A stretch of 31,497 bases of DNA, from the NCBI GenBank assembly GCA_054661495.1, contig BAAFSQ010000103.1, positions 1 through 31,497 on the forward strand, in the 5' to 3' direction. Positions 11,880-21,404 of this stretch are shown piece after piece (position 1 is the first letter of the stretch; the number at the start of each line of letters is the position of its first letter). Origin of the DNA: Zygophlyctis sp. KS116 (Eukaryota; Fungi; Chytridiomycota). Under the pieces are notes generated by a model that was given only the letters and a program-made list of their open reading frames with translations, had not been told where the DNA came from and did not search any database. The translations under genes and the position numbers were made by a program.

Positions 11880-13944
11880 ATGAAATTCAAAGAAATATTT
11901 AAAACATCTTTGCTAAAACCAACTGGACTGTTTGGATATCGGATTCTGCAATCAGAGAATGGCTTTGGTAAAATGGCTGACTATGCATTAGCCAAATCCG
12001 AAAAAATAGTTGAAAGTGTGATCAGATCTAATTCTTCTGCAGATCAGTTACAAACTGTCAAGAGATTAGACAAACTGTCAGATTTGCTTTGCTCAGTCAT
12101 TGATTCAGCTCAATTAATCCAATTTGTTCATCCGGATGATCGCATTAGAAAATCAGCTTCGGATGCATTCAAAAAACTATCAACTTATTTAAATTCTCTC
12201 AATACGAATCTAGAATTGTATCTGAAACTAAAAAACTTGATTCAAGATCCTGATCTTTCTCAACATTTATCAAGTCAGGAAAAGATTGTCGGAAAGTTAC
12301 TCTTAAAGGACTTTGAAAAGTCTGGGATTAATATGAAAAGGGAAAAAAAGGATTTATTTGTTCAATATCATGATAGGATAATGGATTTAGGAGATAAATT
12401 TATGAGTACTTCATATTCTCAAGGAGAAGATTTAATAATACCATCAAAAGCCTTGATTGGAATCATTAATTCCTCTCAAAAATACGTTTCTGTAAATCCA
12501 AATTCAAAGTTGGCGCATTTGATTTTACATCAAGCTAAAGACTCGAATTTAAGAAAAAATATGTTTATTGCAATGAATACGGCGACAAAAGAGCAAATGG
12601 ATACTTTTGAACAGTTATTAGAAGCTAGATCTTCATTAGCAAACTTACTTAATGAACAATCTTATTCACATATGTTTTTAAAGGATAAGATGGCTCGGAC
12701 TCCTGGTAAGTAAAAAACTTAATCATTTAGAACATGTACAGTCATTTCTATCATCCCTAGCATCAAAGAATATGCCAAAGGCAAAAGGTGCCGTGGAAAG
12801 ATTGAATAGTATTAAAAAAATCCATGGAGGCGGAACTAATCAAGAAATTTTTCAACCTTGGGATATTAATTACTACAATCAATTTATTCCAGTTGCACAC
12901 ACACAGACATATATGTCATTAGATAAAGTCTTTGATGTGCTCGATTATATTTTAAATTCACTTTTTGGAATAACATTGGAGCCTGCAGATATTTCCCATG
13001 GGGAAGTTTGGCATGCTGACGTATTTAAGCTTAATGTCTTAGATTCGAAACAAGGAAAGATTGGCACAATATATTGTGATCTTTTCGAACGAGAAAATTC
13101 CGAATCTCTTAAATTTGATCAGGCTGCGCATTTTACAATTAGATGCTCCAGGAAAATATTCGATGGGGATGATTTATTTTTAGAATGTGATGATGAACCC
13201 AAATTACTTCAAGATCCAGCAACTGGAAAGGACCAAAAATATCAATTACCGATTGTAGTGCTTGTTAGCTCCTTTAAAAGATCCAAAAACAGAAAGGATT
13301 TACCATTATTACATCTGAAAGAAATTGAAACTGTATTTCATGAAATGGGACATGCATTGCACTCAATGATGGCAAGAACTGATTTTCAGCATGTTTCTGG
13401 AACACGCGTGCCTGTAGATTTTGTCGAGGTTGCATCGATTTTCATTGAAAAATTTGCTTCAAAGTTAACATTTTCAGAAAAGGGCCCCTGTTTGGATATG
13501 AATCAAAACACAACACTAACGTTTTCTGAAATAATTGAATCGCAAAATCAAATTCAACTATCCATGTTAGATCAAGCATTTCATTGTTTACCAAACAATT
13601 CATTTCCAACCGTTAACTCAACAGAAATTTTAGCTAAGATTCAATCTGAATTCCATTGCATACCTTACGTTCCAGGAACAGCATGGCAAGTACAGTTTTC
13701 TCATATTTATTCTTATGGGGGGTATTATTATTCATATTTATGGAGCAAAATATGGGCATCGAGAATTCATGAGAGACTTTTAAACGGGAGAAACCCTCAA
13801 GAATGGAGGCAAGTTGGAGATCTCTTAAACCGTGAGCTTTTTGGTCTTGGAGGATCAAGAGATCCTTGGATTGGTCTGAAAAAGCTACAGCTGGTTATGG
13901 ATGGGGAAGACGAAGGCCACTACATTCACCGAAAGAAAAATTAA
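11880..13944 (+). CDS. OCT1: Mitochondrial intermediate peptidase (M3 family), 2 exons
   Basis: TGLFG, LDKLSDLLCSVID..QFVHPD, AAHFTIRCSR, FHEMGHALH (HExxH), VSGTR..DFVEV and FSHIYSYGGYYYSYL motifs; 25-nt intron at 12706-12730; first ATG at 11880. Confidence 0.95.
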
Positions 13945-13959
13945 TATATTCAAGGTTAC

Positions 13960-14022
13960 GCTAAAATTGCAGATTATGATATTGAGCTTCATGTTTTTTC
14001 CATTTATGCTGTCCCTCCCATG
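13960..14022. repeat. Diverged repeat copy B, homologous to 11645-11746
   Basis: GCTAAAATTGCAGATTATGATATTGAGCTTCATGTTTTTTC..TGCTGTCCCTCCCATG versus GCTAAATATCAGAGATTAAGAGATCAAGTTTCATATTTTTC..TGCTGTCCCACCCATG, same orientation. Confidence 0.65.
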
Positions 14023-14095
14023 GCGCCGATATTTTCTACAAATACGGAAGGTAGCACAATGTTATGGCTAAGAATTAATCTAATTAAAGTACCGA

Positions 14096-15280
14096 TTAAT
14101 TGATAGACTTGTGATTTAATTTTTCATTTATAGGCTCTACCAGCCATTCAAAGTAATTACAGCTATAGCCCATTGGTTGATTCAAAAGTATTGATCCTGA
14201 CATTGCACACATGTAAAAATATTTCCCTCTATTTTTTTCTTTTTTAGAGACGGTTCTGAGATCACATGGATTTCCACACTTACAAAGTACAACATCTCTA
14301 CAATAATTTGGCCTAGCTAAACGAAAAGTTAGATTTATCCTCTCTGGCCCAGAGATTCTATGCGGCTTGACACCATTTGGTTTACATTTTGGTATTTCAT
14401 GCTTGTATTCTTCCTGAAACGGTGGAAGCATTATTAACAATGAATTATGAGGCAGTAAAATATCAAATGTTGAAGTAGAATTATCATCGGATATAATCTT
14501 TTTGACTCTAAACACCCTTTCTGCGCCCAAAGTCAATGACGCAATAGTTGGCATTGGTCCTAGACTACTAAATTAATTTGATGAGTCATACAATGTCAAT
14601 CTATCAGCATGAGCTCCCACCCCTTGCTCATGATTTTTATACCGATTTGCTACCACCTATCAATCTTTAGAGTTTCTTTCTTACTATATTAGATAACCAC
14701 AATTCCTGTAACTCTAAAGGATGCTTGACACGTTCTTTTAACACATTTTGAACAGTTTCCTCTACTACATTTCTTGCAGTAATCATTCTTGGTAGAAAGG
14801 ATCTAGTTTTAGATTTATGTCCAGGAATTCCTGTGTAATACGACTGTTCAGAATCAGAAACTTGATTCCCAAAAGATTTTCTAGCATCATCAATATAAAA
14901 TGCCGTTGTATGAGGTGATTGAACGTCTAATATCAGAAACATTAATTACTTTTTCCGAATAAAGAGAAATTTCTAACATGCCATTCTTTTGATTCTTGCA
15001 TCATATCTAGTAAAAGACAATTTGCCAAATCATCATCTAAAAATCGTTCCATCATAATAGCTGGCAAAAATCTAGAAATATCTTTAGCTGTCAGCGTCAT
15101 CTTTTTCAAAGTAATCTCTTTACTAGAAAGCATTTGCAGAGCATTTTTAGGAACTTTATCGTATAATAAAACTTCAATCGTTCTTTCGACTGTTTGATAT
15201 TTACTGAGAGACTTTTGAAGGAATTCAACTGATTTATCTTCAAAGATTGATATTAACTGTGCCAATCCTTCATCATCCAT
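14096..15280 (-). CDS. AlkB-family 2OG-Fe(II) dioxygenase with N-terminal CUE-like domain and C-terminal GRF zinc finger (4 exons)
   Basis: Introns 14927-14949, 14657-14684 and 14568-14591 give ANRYKNHEQGVGAHADRL..IASLTLGAER (HxD), YKHEIP (His) and RINLTFR. The C-terminus is CKCG..NRGKYFYMC..CNYFEW (zf-GRF) and the N-terminus is LAQLISIF..LQKSL..VERTIEVLL (CUE-like). Confidence 0.88.
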
Positions 15281-15304
15281 TATTTTTCTTCTCTGAAAAT
15301 TTAA

Positions 15305-15838
15305 ATGGCAACTAATTCTAATATGAGACCAGAATCAATAGCCTTTGCAGTTATTATAGTAGTTATGGTATTATTTAGTATTGCCTTTCAGCTGATTAAG
15401 CGGTCTTGTATTAAAAGGCAATGTCAGTCTTCAATCAATTATACTGACAATCAGATGCCACTGAATACAATATCATCTAATATTCCTCTCAGTCCGCTTG
15501 GTCAAGGAGGAGTTCCAGCAGTCTATGTTATCCCCGACAATGCAAACCAGCCATTTCCTGGATCTACAGGTAATCAGACAATTCAAAATAGCCCATATTC
15601 TACTGGCTCAACTTTTGCTAATCCATATTCTCCTAGTCAAAATTCATTTCTAGCATCTGCTACCCACTCTAATCATGGCAATATTTACACAAATCAGCCA
15701 TTAGATAATACTAGTTCCCATTTTATTCCAGGATCGACAAATCAACCGGTCAATTCGACCATATATTCAGATCAATTACCGCAATATACAGAGAATGAGG
15801 GAGATAAATTGCCCCCTTATAGAGATAATCTACGTTGA
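15305..15838 (+). CDS. Single-pass membrane protein with C-terminal PY motifs, copy 1
   Basis: One hydrophobic helix followed by basic/Cys residues, an S/N/P/Q-rich tail, and LPQY and LPPY motifs; intronless. Confidence 0.75.
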   Translation: MATNSNMRPESIAFAVIIVVMVLFSIAFQLIKRSCIKRQCQSSINYTDNQMPLNTISSNIPLSPLGQGGVPAVYVIPDNANQPFPGSTGNQTIQNSPYSTGSTFANPYSPSQNSFLASATHSNHGNIYTNQPLDNTSSHFIPGSTNQPVNSTIYSDQLPQYTENEGDKLPPYRDNLR

Positions 15839-16268
15839 TTCGGACACATTTTATATTTTATAGATCTTGATTTCATAAAGTATTAAAAAAACTATATTTA
15901 TAGAATTTGCAAGGGAGGGAGCAATCAGTTACTCAAAGTGGGTGCATTACCAGAGGTATCGCAGAGTCCCAACGTGTGAAGTAAGTGTTGATTGTTTTTC
16001 CTGTATTTTAAAAAAACATCTACTGTTTTACTCAAGATAGATCAGGCGGCTTATTAAGTTTATAACACCATCCTGTGATGAAATAAGCTGATTCCAATAA
16101 AATTCTCGAATCAGATTTATTATTGGAAATTCGGACGAGAACCATCGCTAATAATAATCGTCAAGAAAATCATTGTTCGAATATCTGACTGATCATATTC
16201 TCTCTCAGCAATTTTAAGTCTGGAAATCTTGATCATTTATTTTTTGTTTGTTTATCTTTTAAAATCTA

Positions 16269-16694
16269 ATGTCAGGATATCGAATGCCAGGATATCGCAA
16301 CCCAGGGGATGGTTCTAGCTTGGGCGCCCAAGATCTTCCACTACCCATCAAAGTTGGTATAATTGTTGGAGCTATAGTATCTACATCACTAGTTTTTTAT
16401 ATATTCTGGTTTTACAGGAAAAGAAATCAAAACAGGACTCAATCACAGACACAAAATCCTGCCAATCACATCCCACGGAATACGGTATCTGCTAATCGTC
16501 TACATCTAGCATCTGCTACCCAGTCTAATCATGGCAATATTTACACAAATCAACCATTGGATAATATCAGCTCCCATATTATTCCAGGGTCGGCAAATCA
16601 ACCGGGCAATTCGACCATATATTCAGATCAATTGCCTTATTACTCGGAGAATCAAGGAGATAAATTGCCCCCTTATAGAGATAATCTACGTTGA
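16269..16694 (+). CDS. Single-pass membrane protein with C-terminal PY motifs, copy 2
   Basis: Distinct N-terminus and TM (VGIIVGAIVSTSLVFYIFWFY-RKR); shares only the last ~60 aa with the paralogues; LPYY and LPPY motifs. Confidence 0.75.
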   Translation: MSGYRMPGYRNPGDGSSLGAQDLPLPIKVGIIVGAIVSTSLVFYIFWFYRKRNQNRTQSQTQNPANHIPRNTVSANRLHLASATQSNHGNIYTNQPLDNISSHIIPGSANQPGNSTIYSDQLPYYSENQGDKLPPYRDNLR

Positions 16695-16957
16695 TTCGGA
16701 CACATTTTATATTTTATAGATCTTGATTTCATACGGTATTAAAAATACAATATCTATAGAATTTCCAAGGGAGGGAGCAATCAGTTACTCAAAGTGAGTA
16801 CATTCCCAGAGGTATCCCAGCGTGAAGAATTGGCATTTTTCCTAATATCATCTGAGGTAGAACTCATGATATATTTGGAGCTAGATAGAATGTGCCACAT
16901 TCAACTTTAACACCAAATGACAATGTACTTAGTCTTTGTTTAATTTTGAAATTTTAA

Positions 16958-17533
16958 ATGTCAACAAATAATGGCAGATACAATAATGGCAGAAACAATA
17001 CTGGCAATACTACACCATCGAATATTTCTGATGGTGCGGCAATTGCTATTATTATAAGTGTATTTTTATTTGTATCGGTTTTGATTTTGGTCGGCTGGTG
17101 CAAGAAAAGAAGACAAAATCAGTCTTCAATCAATTATACTGACAATCAGATGCCACTAAATACAATATCATCTAACATTCCTCTCAGTCCGCTTGGTCAA
17201 GGAGGAGTTCCAGCAGTCTATGTTATCCCCAGCAATGCAAACCAGCCATTTCTTGGATCTACAGGTAATCAGACCAGCCAAAATAGCCCATATTCTACTA
17301 GCCCAACTTTTGCTAATCCATATTCTCCTAGTCAAAATTCATTTCTAGCATCTGCTACCCACTCTAATCATGGCAATATTTACACAAATCAGCCATTAGA
17401 TAATACTAGTTCCCATTTTATTCCAGGATCGGCAAATCAACCGGTCAATTCGACCATATATTCAGATCAATTACCGCAATATTCACAGAATCAAGGGGAT
17501 AAATTGCCGCCTTATAGAGATAATCTATGTTGA
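16958..17533 (+). CDS. Single-pass membrane protein with C-terminal PY motifs, copy 3
   Basis: Asn-rich N-terminus with NxT/S sequons, TM AAIAIIISVFLFVSVLILVGW-CKKRR, LPQY and LPPY motifs. Confidence 0.78.
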   Translation: MSTNNGRYNNGRNNTGNTTPSNISDGAAIAIIISVFLFVSVLILVGWCKKRRQNQSSINYTDNQMPLNTISSNIPLSPLGQGGVPAVYVIPSNANQPFLGSTGNQTSQNSPYSTSPTFANPYSPSQNSFLASATHSNHGNIYTNQPLDNTSSHFIPGSANQPVNSTIYSDQLPQYSQNQGDKLPPYRDNLC

Positions 17534-17795
17534 TTCGGACACATTTTATATTTTATAGATCTTGATTTCATAAAGTATTAAAAATACTATATTTATAGAA
17601 TTTCTAAGGAGGGAGCAATCAGTTACTCAAAGTGGGTGCATTACCAGAGGTATCCCAGCGTGAAGAATCGGCATTATTCCTAATATCATCTGAGGTAGAA
17701 CTCATGATATATTTGGAGCTAGATAGAATGTGCCACATTCAACTTTAACACCAAATGACAATGTACTTAGTCTTTGTTTAATTTTGAAATTTTAA

Positions 17796-18476
17796 ATGTC
17801 AACAAATAATGGCAGATACAATAATGGCAGAAACAATACTGGCAATACTACACCATCGAATATTTCTGATGGTGCGGCAATTGCTATTATTATAAGTGTA
17901 TTTTTATTTGTATCGGTTTTGATTTTGGTCGGCTGGTGCAAGAAAAGAAGACAAAATCAGTCTTCAATCAATTATACTGACAATCAGATGCCACTAAATA
18001 CAATATCATCTAACATTCCTCTCAGTCCGCTTGGTCAAGGAGGAGTTCCAGCAGTCTATGTTATCCCCAGCAATGCAAACCAGCCATTTCCTGGATCTAC
18101 AGGTAATCAGACCATTCAAAATAGCCCATATTCTACAAGCCCCACTTTTGCTAATCCATATTCTACTAGCCCATATTCTACTAGCCCAACTTTTGCTAAC
18201 CCGCATTCTACAAAACCACATTCTACTAGCCCATATTCTACTGGCTCAACGTTTGCTAGCCCGTATTCTCCAAGTCAAAATTCATTTTTAGAATCCGGTC
18301 CTCATTCTAATCAGGGCAATATTTACACAAATCAGTCCTTGGATAATACCAGCTCCAATTTTATTCCAGGACCAACAAATCAACCGGTCAATTCGACCAT
18401 ATATTCAGATCAATTGCCTTATTACTCGGAGAATCAAGGAGATAAATTGCCCCCTTATAGAGATAATCTAAGTTGA
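17796..18476 (+). CDS. Single-pass membrane protein with C-terminal PY motifs, copy 4
   Basis: 5' half nearly identical to copy 3 (offset 838 bp); internal expansion of PYSTS/PTFAN units; LPYY and LPPY motifs. Confidence 0.78.
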   Translation: MSTNNGRYNNGRNNTGNTTPSNISDGAAIAIIISVFLFVSVLILVGWCKKRRQNQSSINYTDNQMPLNTISSNIPLSPLGQGGVPAVYVIPSNANQPFPGSTGNQTIQNSPYSTSPTFANPYSTSPYSTSPTFANPHSTKPHSTSPYSTGSTFASPYSPSQNSFLESGPHSNQGNIYTNQSLDNTSSNFIPGPTNQPVNSTIYSDQLPYYSENQGDKLPPYRDNLS

Positions 18477-18552
18477 TTCAAAATCATTTCATATTGAGTT
18501 TTTGCAGGCTGCGCACGTATTTATACGTCAGTCCGACGCCATTGTTTGTAAT

Positions 18553-19887
18553 ATGGCAAATCCAACTTCCTTAGAATCATCAGTCAAGCAATTTTATCAA
18601 TCATTAGATGATGATGAGATATGTTTACAACCCCGTAGATATCCAACTAGTAAAGTACAGCAACATCAAAGAAGACCGCAGACTGCAATAGATGATCTAG
18701 CAGGCATACAAGGATTTTTGCAATCTAAAATACTGGGCGAATCTATAAGAAATGATTTGGATATAGATCTGGGTCAAGATGCTTTTGCATCATTCTTTCA
18801 AGACTTGTCCGGATGGGACTCAGATAAAGCCTTAATTCTAACTGACGGATCATGTTTACAATACTTGAATTATTATGATAAAAAAGATGAATTGATAGAC
18901 TCTGCGAATCAGCCTTCCGCAAAAAAGGCAAAGAGCCGACGAAAGTCATTGGCTATTCGTGATCTTTTGATTTCAGCCAAGAAACCTTCAAGTGCGTCTA
19001 CGATAGGATACAGATCAAAAAATGAATGGGGATCAGAAGAAGATTCGAGACCGTATGCACTAGATATTCCGTCAGATGAGAATAAGTATTCTTTAATTAT
19101 AGAGCCTGCAAACGAACCGTTGTTACATTGTCAAAATAGATCGTCAAGATCCGGTTCAAGAGAAAGTGAAATTCAAGATCTGGATCAAACTTTAAATCAG
19201 CTCATTGAAGCTACTGCAACAATGACAGTGCAGAAATTAGAGTCAAAAAAACGACGATCTAGATGTGGGAAAAGAGCTGTATCTGGTAGTATTCGCCCAA
19301 AATGTAATTTATCCATTGGATTAGGAGCTAAAGAAATAAAAAGGGACCCTATGTATATAACAGGCCAAAAGTATCACAATTCAGATACTTCCCTAGGGCC
19401 CTCAACAAGTACTATACCCCCCACTTCTCTACCTAAAATACATAATCAATACAAAAAGACATGTGTAGCAACTAATCCTCCGGATGATAAAAAAGACTTG
19501 GTATTAAATAACAATAATGCAGAAAAAAAGGACCATGGCATTGAAATTCCAAAATGGTATAATGATTCGGCGTCCCTTAAGTCTTCTCATGATCATAATT
19601 TGATTAGATTTATGGAAATAATGGGTATTAAGAGTAAGCTACGTACCCCCAGGAAGCTCTCTACTAATGGATTTCTAAGTCTTCCAATGCCGAATCAACC
19701 GCCGGAAACACGAGGACTTGTGTTTGAAAATAAACGAGGCCTTCATTCAGTGATTGATGAAATAATTCAAGACGATTCATTCAAAGTCGAAGCTCTCAAA
19801 GTTCCTATTATTTCCAATAAAAGGACATTTGCGGAAGAAGTTCAGCTCAACAGGGAGGGAAAATCCAGTAGAAAACTCAGTCACTAA
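18553..19887 (+). CDS. Hypothetical protein (~444 aa), hydrophilic and Ser/Lys-rich
   Basis: Uninterrupted 1.3-kb ORF in AT-rich DNA; first ATG at 18553 (MANPTSLESS); no family recognised. Confidence 0.7.
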   Translation: MANPTSLESSVKQFYQSLDDDEICLQPRRYPTSKVQQHQRRPQTAIDDLAGIQGFLQSKILGESIRNDLDIDLGQDAFASFFQDLSGWDSDKALILTDGSCLQYLNYYDKKDELIDSANQPSAKKAKSRRKSLAIRDLLISAKKPSSASTIGYRSKNEWGSEEDSRPYALDIPSDENKYSLIIEPANEPLLHCQNRSSRSGSRESEIQDLDQTLNQLIEATATMTVQKLESKKRRSRCGKRAVSGSIRPKCNLSIGLGAKEIKRDPMYITGQKYHNSDTSLGPSTSTIPPTSLPKIHNQYKKTCVATNPPDDKKDLVLNNNNAEKKDHGIEIPKWYNDSASLKSSHDHNLIRFMEIMGIKSKLRTPRKLSTNGFLSLPMPNQPPETRGLVFENKRGLHSVIDEIIQDDSFKVEALKVPIISNKRTFAEEVQLNREGKSSRKLSH

Positions 19888-19907
19888 TCAACTTCTAAAA
19901 AGCCTAT

Positions 19908-21376
19908 TCAAACTGACAATTCCACTTTTTCAATACCTTTTTGAAGTACAGACTTCCAGGGCTCTAGTGCAGAGGCGACATCAGTTTCCAAAAACTTTTC
20001 AACCTGTTGGGGTGCACGGCCGACAAAGGAGGTTGGATCCATAATCTTATCCAGCTGTGCCTTTATTGCTGTAAAATATTCAGAGTCTCTGATAAGTTCA
20101 ATCAAGTTGTTTCTTTCACCCTTATTTTTGACATTTTGAGAAGCAATTTGACTTAACACTCTAATCTCTTCATGACAGTCCTGACGACTTGCACCCGACT
20201 TGACCATTTCCATGATAATATTTTCTGTAGCCATAAATGGCAATTCTTCACTAATTCTTCTAGAAATCACTGATGGATAAACCACTAATCCTGCAAAGAT
20301 ATTTTGAAGCATGGAGAGAATAATATCAGCAGTTAGAAACGCTTCAGGAATAGTAATACGCCTATTAGCAGAATCATCTAATGTTCTTTCTAACCACTGT
20401 GAAGCAGCTGTCTGCTGCGCATTATTCACCAAAGTCATTAGATGTCGTGAAAGTGAACAAACTCTTTCACATCGCATCCTACAAGTTAGAGTTAAAATCA
20501 TTACGGATTTCTTTTATATGCCATAGCACTAGAGCCTATTTGATCCTTTTCAAAAGGCTCTTCTATTTCCTTTAAATGAGCTAAAAGTCTAATATCAGTA
20601 GCGATTTTTTGACTTGATGCACCAAATGATGCCAGAGCGGATAAAATATCTAAATCAACTTTCCTAGAATAGGTCTGACCAGTGACAGCATAGCAAGATG
20701 TAAATCCAGCCATTTCAGTAACTAATCTATCCAATTCTTCAACTTTATCATGACTTTTGTTAAAAAGCGTCAAGAACGATGCTTGAGTTCCTGTTGTACC
20801 TTTTACTCCTCTAAATCTTAAATCATTTTTTGCTCTAGTCAGATTTCTTAAATCCATTAATAAATCATTTAACCATAATGTAGCTCTTTTCCCTACTGTT
20901 GTCAACTGCGCAGGTTGAAAATGCGTAAACCCAAGAGTTGGTAAATCTTTAAACTTATCTGCAAAACCCGCCAATGCCTGAATCACAAAGGCCAATTTAG
21001 GAAGAATAATGTCTAATCCATCCTTTATAATTATTAGATCTGCGTTATCTCCAACATAACAAGATGTGGCACCTAAATGAATAATCCCCGCTGCTTTTGG
21101 ACATTTTACACCAAAAGTATACACATGAGCCATTACATCATGCCTCCGTTTTTTTTCTTCCTGTGCTGCCAATGCAAAATCGATATCATTAATATTATCT
21201 TCCATTTCCCTGATTGCATCGTGTGTGACATCATCTAGTCCCAAAGCCAATTGTGCCTTTGCTAAATAAACCCACAACTTTCTCCAGGTTGAGAACTTTT
21301 TCTGATCTGAAAAGTTGAATGCCATTTCAGGAGAAGCATATCTGGACACTAGCGGAGACACATAACGATCACTCAT
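19908..21376 (-). CDS. ADE13: Adenylosuccinate lyase (2 exons)
   Basis: [15 protein letters not shown] start, [32 protein letters not shown], and signature [11 protein letters not shown]|MRCER across a 26-nt intron at 20479-20504. Confidence 0.97.
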
Positions 21377-21404
21377 AAGTCTTTGATGGAGGTTTAGAGT
21401 TAGT

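Larger units (their letters stand above)
15424..18480 (+). repeat. Tandem segmental duplication array (4 partial or complete units)
   Basis: Shared coding blocks, plus a shared 3' flank (TTGATTCGGACACATTTTATA..GGAGGGAGCAATCAGTTACTCAAAGTG) after copies 1-3. The spacers before copies 3 and 4 are nearly identical. Confidence 0.92.

Noticed and set aside
15913-15925. GGGAGGGAGCA in array flanks resembling the reverse complement of the OCT1-flanking repeat core
   Set aside because: The similarity is limited to about 11 nt with a gap and does not extend convincingly.
16821-16855. C/D box snoRNA (GTGAAGA..CTGA) in the duplicated spacer
   Set aside because: The C box is imperfect, the span is only ~35 nt, and there is no recognisable rRNA antisense element.
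15305-18480. CRISPR-like or LTR interpretation of the repeats
   Set aside because: The units are whole duplicated genes with flanks; there is no repeat-spacer pattern or retroelement ORF.
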